Positions 27,122 through 35,977 of a stretch of 50,780 bases of DNA are shown one piece after another. The position numbers and the translations under genes were made by a program. The stretch is taken from IMG/VR virus record IMGVR_UViG_3300026097_000031, positions 1-50,780 of that record; one strand, given 5' to 3'. The stretch is from a virus. Its lineage: Duplodnaviria; Caudoviricetes. Below the pieces are notes generated by a model, which saw only the letters and a program-made list of their open reading frames with translations, made no database searches and was not told the origin of the DNA. Within the stretch, counting starts at the first letter, position 1, and the number at the start of each line of letters is the position of its first letter.

Positions 27122-28009
27122 ATGACGACAGCACTCACCTACCCTGAGCGGTTGATCCGCGATGGCGAATTTGGCGAGGGACTCAACCTAGGCGCGTCGC
27201 TCGACATCGACGCGCTGCGGCCCCGGCTGCGGGCTGCGCGGGACGCGTGGAAGACGTACCGGGCTGCGCACGGTTTCAAGCCGGACGCGGCTGCGATGCT
27301 CACCCCGCCGGATGCTCAACCGAAACTAGGTAAGAGTGAGACCCCGGCGTACGGGCTCATGCTTGTACCGGCTGCGGGTCTCCCGGCCGAATTCTGGCCG
27401 GGATCCCGCCCGGTCAATGTCTGCCCTAGGGCTAGTGCGGGCTGCGCTGCGGCGTGCCTCGCCTACGCGGGCAAGGGTGCCATGAGCACAGTCCAGCGGG
27501 CCCGGGCTGTGCGGACCGGGTTTCTACTGGCGCACCCTTTCCACGCCGGGATCCTAATCGGGCACGAGGCTGCTAAGGCTGTCGAGAAGCACGGCGATAT
27601 CGCGCTGCGGCTTAACGTGCTGTCGGACATCCGGTGGGAATCGGTGGCCTACGGCGGGCTCATGGCGCTGCGCGGGCTAGGTGTCCGGCTGTACGACTAC
27701 ACAGCGTGGATGCCGCAGCAGCGCCATCAGGGCGCGCTGTCGATGCTCGACTACTCACTTACCTACAGCGCCAAGGAACCCGCACACACCCCGGACGATT
27801 ACCTAACCGGGGTGCTGTCGAGCGGCGGAACCGTGGCGATGCCATTCACCACGAGGAAAGGGCAACCGTTGCCGGAATCGTGGCAAGGATTCCGCGTGAT
27901 CGATGGTGACCTATCGGATGCGCGTTACGAGGATCCGGCGGGCGTGGTGGTGGGGCTGCGCCAGAAGGGTCGAGCGGTCGACGAAACCGGGTTCATCCGT
28001 CAAGCCTGA
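27122..28009 (+). CDS. Gp88-like protein (Cys cluster, radical-SAM-related fold)
   Basis: VCPRASAGCAAACLAYAGKG, RLNVLSDI, YDYT, IDGDLSDARYED..VVGLRQKG. Confidence 0.78.
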   Translation: MTTALTYPERLIRDGEFGEGLNLGASLDIDALRPRLRAARDAWKTYRAAHGFKPDAAAMLTPPDAQPKLGKSETPAYGLMLVPAAGLPAEFWPGSRPVNVCPRASAGCAAACLAYAGKGAMSTVQRARAVRTGFLLAHPFHAGILIGHEAAKAVEKHGDIALRLNVLSDIRWESVAYGGLMALRGLGVRLYDYTAWMPQQRHQGALSMLDYSLTYSAKEPAHTPDDYLTGVLSSGGTVAMPFTTRKGQPLPESWQGFRVIDGDLSDARYEDPAGVVVGLRQKGRAVDETGFIRQA

Positions 28010-28113
28010 TTGCAAGTGCCTAGCAGCGCCGCACGGGGGTGCGGCGCTGCGGGGGACTCTCAATCGGGGGATCCACAGTCGAGCCCGCTACGGCGGGCGA
28101 GGAAGGCGGAATC

Positions 28114-28422
28114 ATGGCGGTACGCACACACACAGCGCGCATGAGCGCTGCGCGGTTAGCCCGCGCATACGCCGCGCACCATGAATGGCGCGGCACGCGT
28201 GGCGGATGGATTGTCGACCGGGAGGGGCGACAACTGGTCCAAGGGTGGACGAACCTAACCGGGCTGCTGGTGGGGCTAGGTGTCATCGAAGAGGGCACCG
28301 GGATCCTGTGGGGACGTGAGCGGGCACTCACCCCGGACAGTCCTAGCCCGGTCGACCGGGGCAGGCGGATGGGCACCCGGCTGCGGGCTGCCCATTACCG
28401 GGCGCGGGGGTGGCGACCATGA
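28114..28422 (+). CDS. Hypothetical early protein
   Basis: RBS GAGGAAGG; coupled to the next gene. Confidence 0.55.
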   Translation: MAVRTHTARMSAARLARAYAAHHEWRGTRGGWIVDREGRQLVQGWTNLTGLLVGLGVIEEGTGILWGRERALTPDSPSPVDRGRRMGTRLRAAHYRARGWRP

Positions 28423-28604
28423 GCGCACAGCGGGGAAGCCGCATCGTGAAGGGCGACCGGGTGACGGTCGACCTAGGGGAGGGGAACCCGTACACCGGGA
28501 GGGGCGGGCGGGTGGTCTCTTTCATCCCTCGCTCGAATCTGGTTCACGTCATGGTGGCGGGGGCACTCATCGCGGTGCCGTTGACGGGGCTGGTTCGGGA
28601 GTGA
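28419..28604 (+). CDS. Small SH3/KOW-like protein
   Basis: KGDRVTV....PYTGRGGRVV. Confidence 0.55.
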   Translation: MSAQRGSRIVKGDRVTVDLGEGNPYTGRGGRVVSFIPRSNLVHVMVAGALIAVPLTGLVRE

Positions 28605-28693
28605 GCCGAAACCGGGGCCGGGTCGAGCGCGTCGAGCGCTCGATGCGGTCCTGGTCCGGGGCGGGTGCCGCCGTCCCGCTGAAGAGGCAGGCA
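28605..28693 (+). ncRNA. Type II hammerhead ribozyme 2
   Basis: GCC-GAAA-extended stem III-GTC(28654-56)-CGGGGCGG/CCGTCCCG-CTGAAGA-GGC; loop TGCC pairs with downstream GGCA. Confidence 0.85.
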
Positions 28694-28715
28694 ACTATGA
28701 GTAAGGAGCGAAACC

Positions 28716-29375
28716 ATGAAGAGGAAAGAACTGGTCAAGGGAGTGGACTATGCGGTGCAGCGTCTCTACGCCCGGTCATACCGGCCGCACCCGGACCGTC
28801 TCACCTATGTCGGTGAGACTGAAGCGAGGTTCGGCAGCGGCTACGTGTCGTCCGAATTGATCCCGGCTGACTCGCCGGAGGCTGAGGCGCTCGACCGTCG
28901 CTTCGTCGATGTCGTCGAGGTCGACGGGAAGTGGCACTACGTGCGCACGTGGGGCTACAAGCCGGGGAAGAGCCGCCGGGCTGTGTTCGTGTGGTGGACA
29001 CAGCACTCGACCCCGAAGTTGATGGTCACGGTGATCCCGTTCGGGGAGTCCATCGAATGCACGTGGGCAGACTACGAGCAGATTGTCCGTGAGCGGACCC
29101 GCGCTCACTTGGAGCAAGAAGCCGCCAGGGATCGGCGACGTGAGTACAACATGGGGCTGATGATGGCTGCGGTGGAGATCCTCGACCAGGTCGAGGGGCT
29201 GGACTTCTACCGGCTGTTCAGCGTGGATCGTGACAAACTCGCGGAGTACTTTGATGGCGAGTACGAATGGCGGCCGGATTACCTGTGGAAGAGGGCAGCG
29301 CCGATTGTTCACGCTGTGCTGGTGACGCATGGCTGGGATCCGGACCTGGTGGACCTGGCGAGGCGGTGGTCATGA
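28716..29375 (+). CDS. Hypothetical early protein
   Basis: 219 aa, RBS AAGGAG. Confidence 0.7.
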   Translation: MKRKELVKGVDYAVQRLYARSYRPHPDRLTYVGETEARFGSGYVSSELIPADSPEAEALDRRFVDVVEVDGKWHYVRTWGYKPGKSRRAVFVWWTQHSTPKLMVTVIPFGESIECTWADYEQIVRERTRAHLEQEAARDRRREYNMGLMMAAVEILDQVEGLDFYRLFSVDRDKLAEYFDGEYEWRPDYLWKRAAPIVHAVLVTHGWDPDLVDLARRWS

Positions 29376-29620
29376 GCGTGACGGTGATGCTGACCGACGA
29401 GTCGGCCGTGACCCTGCCGTATGACGATGCTGTGCGGCTGTACATCCGACTGCGCTGGGCGTTGGACCGGGCGCAGCGTGACGCAGACACAGATGGGGAG
29501 GGGTCGTGAGCGCTGTGCTGGTGCTGCTGTTCCTAGGTTCGGTCGCTGTCGCCCTGGTGCTGGTGCATCAGGACGGCATGCGGCTGGGCCGAGAGCAAAA
29601 CGCTGACCATGAACCTGAAT

Positions 29621-29649
29621 TTGACACGAACGTAAGAACCCGACAGAAT
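29621..29649 (+). promoter_or_regulatory. SigA-type promoter with an operator-like site in the spacer
   Basis: TTGACA-17-CAGAAT; GAACGTAAGAACC at 29628-29640. Confidence 0.6.
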
Positions 29650-29689
29650 CATCCCTGTAAGTAATTCCACTACACGATTGGAGCACGAC

Positions 29690-30724
29690 ATGGCACACGA
29701 ACTAGAGATCCGCGAAGACGGCAGCGCCGCTGCCTTCATGGGCCGCACCCCCGGGTGGCATGGCCTAGGAGTTGTCGTCGACGACGACAACTACGACATG
29801 GAGCAGGCGCTGCTCATGTCCCGCATGCGCTACGAGTTCTCCCTCACCCCGACCGTGGTCGAGGTGGACGGGCGGACCGTGCCCGTGGCCAATGACAAGC
29901 ACGCTGTGCTGCGCCGCAACATCGATGACCCCTCCGACATTCGCGCCTTCGGCGGGTCCCTGTCGGAGAAGTACAAGGTCCACACGCTGCTCGACATGTG
30001 GGGCTGGATCGATGAAGTGCTGGGCGAGGGAGCCAAGGTCGAGACCCTGGGCAACCTGCACGACGGCGCTCAGTCCTTCGTCACGGTGCGCATGCCCCAG
30101 GGTGCGTTGCAGGCCACGCACAACGATGAAGTGGCCATGTACTTGACGGTGTCCACCCGCCACGACGGTGGCGGTTCGACGACAGCGTCGGTGTCCCCGG
30201 TGCGTGTCGTATGCGCAAACACCCTGGCCGCAGCCGACACGGCAGCGGTCACCGGGAGAGTGTCGGTGCGTCACAACATCGACCTGGCTGAGGCTAGCGA
30301 GGAGGCAGCCCGACGGGTGTTGCGGATCGCTGACCGGCAGGCTGAAGAGGTGGAGGCGCTGTACTCCACGCTGAAGACCGTGGAACTGGACGCTGCTGCG
30401 ATGGAGAAGATCGTGCATGACCTGTTCCCGATCCCGGAGCACGTCATGAAGAAGTCCTACGACGACATGACCACGGGTGAGAAGCGGCAGTTCTCGCTGG
30501 GCTGGAAGGCCCGCACGGGAGTGATGGATCTGCAAGAGTCCAGCCCGTACCGGGCTGAGGGTTCCGACGGTTGGAGCCTGTACCAGGCGGCAGTCGAGTA
30601 CGCCGACTACTACGCCCCGGTTAAGGGCAAGGACCTGGACAAGCGCCGCGCTGAGCGGGTGCTGGCAGGGAAGGCTGACGGGGTGAAGACCCGGGCCCTC
30701 GACCTGATCTTGGCTCGCGCCTGA
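29690..30724 (+). CDS. DUF932 domain protein (phage/plasmid TIGR03299-like)
   Basis: MAHEL..WHGLG, ETLGNL, HDGGGS..SPVRVVCANTL..RH, W.LYQAAVEYADY. Confidence 0.88.
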   Translation: MAHELEIREDGSAAAFMGRTPGWHGLGVVVDDDNYDMEQALLMSRMRYEFSLTPTVVEVDGRTVPVANDKHAVLRRNIDDPSDIRAFGGSLSEKYKVHTLLDMWGWIDEVLGEGAKVETLGNLHDGAQSFVTVRMPQGALQATHNDEVAMYLTVSTRHDGGGSTTASVSPVRVVCANTLAAADTAAVTGRVSVRHNIDLAEASEEAARRVLRIADRQAEEVEALYSTLKTVELDAAAMEKIVHDLFPIPEHVMKKSYDDMTTGEKRQFSLGWKARTGVMDLQESSPYRAEGSDGWSLYQAAVEYADYYAPVKGKDLDKRRAERVLAGKADGVKTRALDLILARA

Positions 30725-30833
30725 TCGCAAGATCCAAGCAACGCTGCAGGGGTCGGGGCGGTGAGCCCCGGCCCCTGTTTGCGTCTTACGGGGGTAGACT
30801 GGTGCATATCGACACACGAGGAGAGACACAACC

Positions 30834-31121
30834 ATGGACATATTGACGCTGCTGTGGGAGTCGTACACGACGTACCCAGCGCTGCCATTCATAGCCACCG
30901 GACCGCTGATCGTCGTGATGATCATCGTGTCCCCCATCATCGGGCTGGTCTTGACGTGGGGGTTCGTGTTGGGGCTGCTGGATCGGCGGAAGAGCAAGCC
31001 GGTGCCACGGTTCTCGCACGAGGCTGCTATTCAAGATGAACTGGCCCGAAGGAAGCGGGAGCGGGAACGCATAGAGAGGATGATGAAGGAATGTCGAGGA
31101 GAGACGAGACAGTTGCGGTGA
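30834..31121 (+). CDS. Membrane protein
   Basis: Long hydrophobic segment, basic tail, RBS GAGGAG. Confidence 0.6.
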   Translation: MDILTLLWESYTTYPALPFIATGPLIVVMIIVSPIIGLVLTWGFVLGLLDRRKSKPVPRFSHEAAIQDELARRKRERERIERMMKECRGETRQLR

Positions 31122-31276
31122 CGATGACCCGGTTCGAGGCTCGCACCCTGGCGTACTGCCTGGACCGCACGTACGAGGAGACGGTGGGAGAGCCCGCCGT
31201 GAAGATCGCTAGAGAGTTCCGTGACATCTTCATGGCGGCGGCGAAAAGCGGGGAGGCCATCGATGCGCAGGACTGA
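31091..31276 (+). CDS. Hypothetical protein
   Basis: 61 aa, overlapping operon arrangement. Confidence 0.5.
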   Translation: MSRRDETVAVTMTRFEARTLAYCLDRTYEETVGEPAVKIAREFRDIFMAAAKSGEAIDAQD

Positions 31277-31460
31277 CATCGATGCCTCGACTGGATCGCA
31301 AGAACCAGTCAAGGCGACCACGTTTGGCTACTGCTTGGACGGGTTCTGCTCGTCCTGCCCGGTGACCATTCACGTGCAACGCAAGGAAGGCAAGGACACC
31401 TACGAACGTAGGTACATCTGTGACTGTGAATGTCACAGGAACACATCGAAGGAGGAATAA
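31263..31460 (+). CDS. Small Cys-rich protein
   Basis: FGYCLDGFCSSC...CDCECH. Confidence 0.55.
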   Translation: MRRTDIDASTGSQEPVKATTFGYCLDGFCSSCPVTIHVQRKEGKDTYERRYICDCECHRNTSKEE

Positions 31461-31462
31461 GC

Positions 31463-31987
31463 ATGTACATATATACGAAGCGGGGAATGGTGGCTGTTGC
31501 TGCCTATGACCCGGAGCGCAAGAACCGTGCCACGTGGCTGATCGATGAGCAGCGGGAGATGCTGCACGACGAGGCGGCTGCAGGGTCACCGATCCTGCTG
31601 GTGCGGGGCTGGCACAACCAGGTCATCGCTGACCTGGTCGGGTCGGGCACTTGCGTGTACTACGACCCGGACGCTGACTACCCGTACCGGGCTCTCGTGC
31701 GGCCCGGGGATCTGGCGAGAGCCGTGGCACGGGAAGTGTTCAACATTGACTACCGGTCGCTGAAGGTGGCGGTCGGCAACTCGCACGACACGCTGTACTG
31801 CGGCACGTTGTGGAACGTGCATGAGGAAACGAAGGAACGGCACGACGACCGCATCGAAGAGGATGAGGAACTGCCGGACTTCTTGGAGTACGTCGACAGC
31901 GTCGGCTGGATGGACGACTTCGATCAAGAGACACGTGACCGGATCTTGCGTAGGCAGGGTTTCACGATCAATCGGGGTCAGGACTAG
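31463..31987 (+). CDS. Conserved phage hypothetical protein
   Basis: RBS AAGGAGG; LLVR..ADYPYRA..IDY pattern. Confidence 0.65.
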   Translation: MYIYTKRGMVAVAAYDPERKNRATWLIDEQREMLHDEAAAGSPILLVRGWHNQVIADLVGSGTCVYYDPDADYPYRALVRPGDLARAVAREVFNIDYRSLKVAVGNSHDTLYCGTLWNVHEETKERHDDRIEEDEELPDFLEYVDSVGWMDDFDQETRDRILRRQGFTINRGQD

Positions 31988-32472
31988 TGGCCCCTCGTAC
32001 TCGCGTTCTTCGTGATGCCCGACCGAATGTGGAGGTGACGTGGGTGAAGCAGATGCCTCGTCGAACATCGACTACGCGTGAGCAGAACCTTGCCCTGGCC
32101 CGGGAGATTGCCTCCCGGCCAGGGAAGTGGGCTCTGGTGAAGCCGTACCCGCCGACCGATAAGGGGTACAAGACAGCGAACTATCGGGCGAATGACATGC
32201 GCAGGCCGAAGCATGCGTTCTCTCAGGTGGGCTGGTTCCAGTATCAGATCCGTTTCGACCCGTTGTATGACGGGAAGGTTGAGGGTCGGGATGACGATGA
32301 GCGTGGAGCGTGGCTGCTGCTGGCGGTGTGCCGGGAGAAGCACAAGCGGGATGTTGAGGACATCCCGATGGAGGAGCGGTTCTTATTCACGACGGATGGG
32401 GAGGAGGCTGCTGGTGCGTCGGTCGAGGAAGAACGAGAGGGAGGCGCTGAAGCAGATTATTTCGGAGCCTAG
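31987..32472 (+). CDS. Hypothetical protein (possibly DNA-binding)
   Basis: 161 aa; SRPGKWALV; coupled. Confidence 0.55.
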   Translation: MAPRTRVLRDARPNVEVTWVKQMPRRTSTTREQNLALAREIASRPGKWALVKPYPPTDKGYKTANYRANDMRRPKHAFSQVGWFQYQIRFDPLYDGKVEGRDDDERGAWLLLAVCREKHKRDVEDIPMEERFLFTTDGEEAAGASVEEEREGGAEADYFGA

Positions 32473-32710
32473 TGAGGACATGGATCAGGTGTTGGCTGAT
32501 GGTGCTGTCGCCGTCATCAACACGTTCATGGATTCGCGAGAGTTCTATGTTGTGGGGTTGCGGTTGGAGGGTGGACAGTCCGGGCTTTACGGCCCGTACT
32601 TGTCCAAATCAGAGGCTCAAAAGGCTCTCTCCCGGCTCGTAAGCCCGCTGCCTAATACGGAAACGCAAGCCGCCATTTGGCGGCTGTATGACATACCTGA
32701 GGAGGTTTAA
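32414..32710 (+). CDS. Hypothetical protein
   Basis: RBS GGAGG; YGPYLSKSEAQKA motif. Confidence 0.55.
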   Translation: MRRSRKNEREALKQIISEPSEDMDQVLADGAVAVINTFMDSREFYVVGLRLEGGQSGLYGPYLSKSEAQKALSRLVSPLPNTETQAAIWRLYDIPEEV

Positions 32711-32713
32711 ATC

Positions 32714-33139
32714 ATGGCGAGAAAGAGAGTGCTACCAACCGACAGCACGTTGGCTGACATGGCGACACGAATGACGCATCAGCAGATAGCCGATGAGGTG
32801 TATCGGCAGACTGGTTACCGGGTGGGTAGGTCGAGCGTCTCAGCAGCCCTGTCCAGGGCTGGGGAGACAACACCGAAGCCACGTAAGGCGACGGTGCCGT
32901 GGCGGGTGGCTGAGCGGCACAGCGGCCGCTACCAGTTGGTGATGCTGCGTTGCTTGGATCGACGCAACAAGGGCGAGTCGATGCCGCTGGAGTATGAGCG
33001 GCGGTTGAATGCATGGCTGGCTCGCATGGATCGCGACAACGCTGTTGTCGCTTACTGCCGCTCGACTGATGAGGGGTTCTTCTATGTTCCACGTGAGCCT
33101 GGGGATGTGGGGTATGTGCGTCGAGAGGAGATTGTTTAG
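32714..33139 (+). CDS. Immunity repressor-like protein (mycobacteriophage cluster A / L5 gp71 type), paralogue 1
   Basis: HTH THQQIAD..SSVSAALSRAG; VPWRV..H..MLR..RLNAWL..NAVVAY..GFFYVPR..D. Confidence 0.75.
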   Translation: MARKRVLPTDSTLADMATRMTHQQIADEVYRQTGYRVGRSSVSAALSRAGETTPKPRKATVPWRVAERHSGRYQLVMLRCLDRRNKGESMPLEYERRLNAWLARMDRDNAVVAYCRSTDEGFFYVPREPGDVGYVRREEIV

Positions 33140-33233
33140 CGCGCATATTTGCAACACCCTGCCAGTCATGATTTGACAGGCATGCTACAATCATGTCATC
33201 GCTGCAAAACCAAAACGAGAGGAGTGGCAGCAA

Positions 33234-34040
33234 ATGCGCACACAACGAGACACCCAACGAAGCAAAGTCTACGCAGCCGAAAACGCCTGCTCATGGACAC
33301 AGTTCGGCCAAACCATCCCCACCGACCAACTCCAAACCTGGGCCTACAAAAACGTCTTCTCACGAGCCTGGTACCGCCGCCGCTGGGGCAACCACGCACC
33401 ACGCATCACCACCGGAGCACGAGGCAGAGGACTAGCCCGGGGCTCCTACCTCATCAAACTAGGAGTCGCCTCCCGAAACCCATGGGTCATGTGCCACGAA
33501 ATCGCACACACCCTCACCCCCACCGACGCAGGACACGGCCCCGAATTCGCACGCGTCTACCTCTTCCTCGTGGAACGAGTCATCGGCAAAGCCGAAGCCA
33601 AAGAACTGCGCGAAAAATTTCGGGAGCACCGCGTCAAAGTAGCGCCAGCAAAGAACCTGCTAGCCATCCGCTTCGCACCCGGCGAAGCACCCGCAGCAAT
33701 CAAACCACCGAAGCCCGCCAAGAAACCACGACGGCCCCGCAACTGGACCCCCGCCGACGTGCGGCGAGCCGCCGCCAAAGTCGGAGCAACCGTCCACCAC
33801 GACAAGAACCCCAGCAGCGGCTACCCAGTCCGGGGACTGTGGGATCTCGACGTGATCGCACCCGAAGGATACGAATGGGTCAGCGAAGGCTGGGACCTCG
33901 TCGACATCGACGAGACCCGAACCATCCTCAGCACCTACGCCTACCCCGAATCCGCCTTCACCGGCAGCGACCGCTGCCGTGAACTGATCACCCAGATCGA
34001 GGCCGGAATGCAAGAGACCAACAAGTCTGCTACTGTCTGA
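33234..34040 (+). CDS. HEXXH metallohydrolase (Rv0185/TIGR04338- or SprT-like)
   Basis: RDTQRSKVYAAE; CHEIAH...HGPEF. Confidence 0.8.
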   Translation: MRTQRDTQRSKVYAAENACSWTQFGQTIPTDQLQTWAYKNVFSRAWYRRRWGNHAPRITTGARGRGLARGSYLIKLGVASRNPWVMCHEIAHTLTPTDAGHGPEFARVYLFLVERVIGKAEAKELREKFREHRVKVAPAKNLLAIRFAPGEAPAAIKPPKPAKKPRRPRNWTPADVRRAAAKVGATVHHDKNPSSGYPVRGLWDLDVIAPEGYEWVSEGWDLVDIDETRTILSTYAYPESAFTGSDRCRELITQIEAGMQETNKSATV

Positions 34041-34258
34041 GAGTGACAGCGCCATGGCTGTCGCTCCTCTCGAAGAGGAGGGCCAAGATCTCCCCCGGTC
34101 TTGGCCCTCCATAGAGAGAGCCCCAGGTGAGCACTAGTTAAGAGCGTCTAGTGCGTGGGAGGGGAAGCCCCACCTGGGGCTTTCTCTTTGCCCCAATCAC
34201 ATGTACCAGTACGCAAGCCACAACACAACGAAGCAGGCTGCCCCCGAAAGGGCAGCCC
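34041..34258. terminator. Hairpin cluster / convergent terminators
   Basis: Several inverted repeats including AGCCCCAGGTG...CACCTGGGGCT-TTCTCTTT and GGCTGCCC/GGGCAGCC. Confidence 0.65.
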
Positions 34259-34282
34259 ACAACAGGAACACATCAAGCACCG

Positions 34283-34924
34283 TCACCAAGGTCGAGGGCC
34301 ACCCAAATAATCAACCATCGACTTCAACGCAGACTTCATCCTGCGCTCCACCGTCGACTCACTCATGTCCAGCATCTCCGCCAACTGCGGGCTCGACACA
34401 CCATGACCGTAATGCCGCACCAGCATCGCCTGGTCAGACTGATCTAACACCTGTAAAGCAGCCTGCACATCAGCCAACGTCGCCTCCGTGTTGAACCGCT
34501 CATGCAAAGGAGCAGCAGCCCGACGCGACAACTCATCACCCTGATTCGTCAACACACCGACACCGTTCACCAACACACCGATCCAGTCCCGCAACGAATC
34601 CTCGTTGTACCAAGCCACATCCTGAACCTCGTACCCAGAGTCCTTCGCCTTCACCTTCTGCGCATACCGCTCCGCAGCCCGCCCCAACGCTGTCAGCAAC
34701 GCTGACCAGCCACGCTTCCGATCCTTCTTCTCCTCCCGACCCAGATAGTCAGCGACCTTCGCTCGCTTCCTCCAGGCCCACAACCACAACTCCTGCTGAA
34801 TGTCTTCCTCCTCCAAGGAAGCCACCTTCGAATGCCGGAACTTTGAACGTGAAGCGCAAATCGACACAGCATCAGCCAACGCAGACACGTCAACACCTTC
34901 GGGCCACTCACCCCTCACCGACAT
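34283..34924 (-). CDS. RNA polymerase sigma-like factor
   Basis: EEDIQQELWLW (region 2); C-terminal HTH LAEMLDMSESTVERR (region 4). Confidence 0.8.
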   Translation of the reverse strand: MSVRGEWPEGVDVSALADAVSICASRSKFRHSKVASLEEEDIQQELWLWAWRKRAKVADYLGREEKKDRKRGWSALLTALGRAAERYAQKVKAKDSGYEVQDVAWYNEDSLRDWIGVLVNGVGVLTNQGDELSRRAAAPLHERFNTEATLADVQAALQVLDQSDQAMLVRHYGHGVSSPQLAEMLDMSESTVERRMKSALKSMVDYLGGPRPW

Positions 34925-35679
34925 GAGTACACCCGCCCAGCGAGCGTGAAGCGGCCATTAATAATCGGCACCAACTGCGGGAACACACGCCCCGCATCAT
35001 CGGTCTCCAACACTCCAGCACCGGCCTGCCAGTTCGCACTACCAGCATTCAGGTACGTGGCCTTCCGCATGTCCATCAGATGCCCAACCTCCATACCGAA
35101 ACGCAAACCAGTCACCTTCGAATTCAACGAACCGTGATCGTGCTGCAAACCCAGCCGGTGCGTGTGTCCACACACCACCGACCGCTGCCACCGCTTCGCC
35201 AAATTCATTGCGGTGCCGCCCGGTGTGCGGATCAGCGAACCCTCATCGCCGTGACCCATCACCCAGCCTTTCGTGAACTCGAAAGGCTGATGTTTGAAGT
35301 CGATATTCAACTCGTCGTAACGCAGCAAGCGTTCATAACTCAACGCCTCCAGGCTCGACAACGCTGGCGCATACTTACCGATGTACTTCTGGATCCGGTC
35401 CCCATGATTGGACCGCATCACAATGAACGGAGTCTTCTTCCCGATAGCGTCACGAAACCCAGCCATGATCTCGTGAGTCCTGTCAAGACCCGCTTGCAAG
35501 GTTCCTGCATACTCCGCCGCCATGCCCTTGTTCCACCGGGCAGGCTCAGGACTGTCGGCCTCATCGCCGACACACAGCAGCATGTCAGGCTTGTAATCCT
35601 TCACCGCTTCCTGCATCGCCGCGACTGCTTTCCGGTCCTCCATCGGAGCCTGAATGTCGCTGATCACAAAGATCTTCAC
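34915..35679 (-). CDS. Metallophosphoesterase
   Basis: ISDIQ, VGDEAD, SNH, HGD and GHTHR calcineurin-like motifs. Confidence 0.88.
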   Translation of the reverse strand: MKIFVISDIQAPMEDRKAVAAMQEAVKDYKPDMLLCVGDEADSPEPARWNKGMAAEYAGTLQAGLDRTHEIMAGFRDAIGKKTPFIVMRSNHGDRIQKYIGKYAPALSSLEALSYERLLRYDELNIDFKHQPFEFTKGWVMGHGDEGSLIRTPGGTAMNLAKRWQRSVVCGHTHRLGLQHDHGSLNSKVTGLRFGMEVGHLMDMRKATYLNAGSANWQAGAGVLETDDAGRVFPQLVPIINGRFTLAGRVYSCR

Positions 35680-35969
35680 GCTTCACCATCTCCTCGAAAC
35701 TCATTAGCCCGGTTGCGGACAGCCATCGCATGTACAGCGAGCATGGCGGCGTATGCGTACACATCGGCGACCTCGTCGAGTAGTTCGTCATAAATCTCCT
35801 CCACCGATTTAGTTTCGAACTGTTGGATGCGACCGCCGTACTGTGTTTCACCGACGGTGATGACACGTTGCGCTGTCCGATCCGCGACCTGGCGGATGAA
35901 GTCCGCCAACTCGACAGACGAAACCCCTTCACCCAACTGGGCGACGGCGGCGTGATGACGTAGAGACAC
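35676..35969 (-). CDS. Hypothetical protein (helical, MazG/dNTPase-like EEL.DE..D pattern)
   Basis: GETQY..QQFE..ELLDEVADVYAY. Confidence 0.55.
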   Translation of the reverse strand: MSLRHHAAVAQLGEGVSSVELADFIRQVADRTAQRVITVGETQYGGRIQQFETKSVEEIYDELLDEVADVYAYAAMLAVHAMAVRNRANEFRGDGEA

Positions 35970-35977
35970 GACTCTCC

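Noticed and set aside
29765-30997. 410-aa minus-strand ORF
   Set aside because: Antisense shadow of the DUF932 gene.
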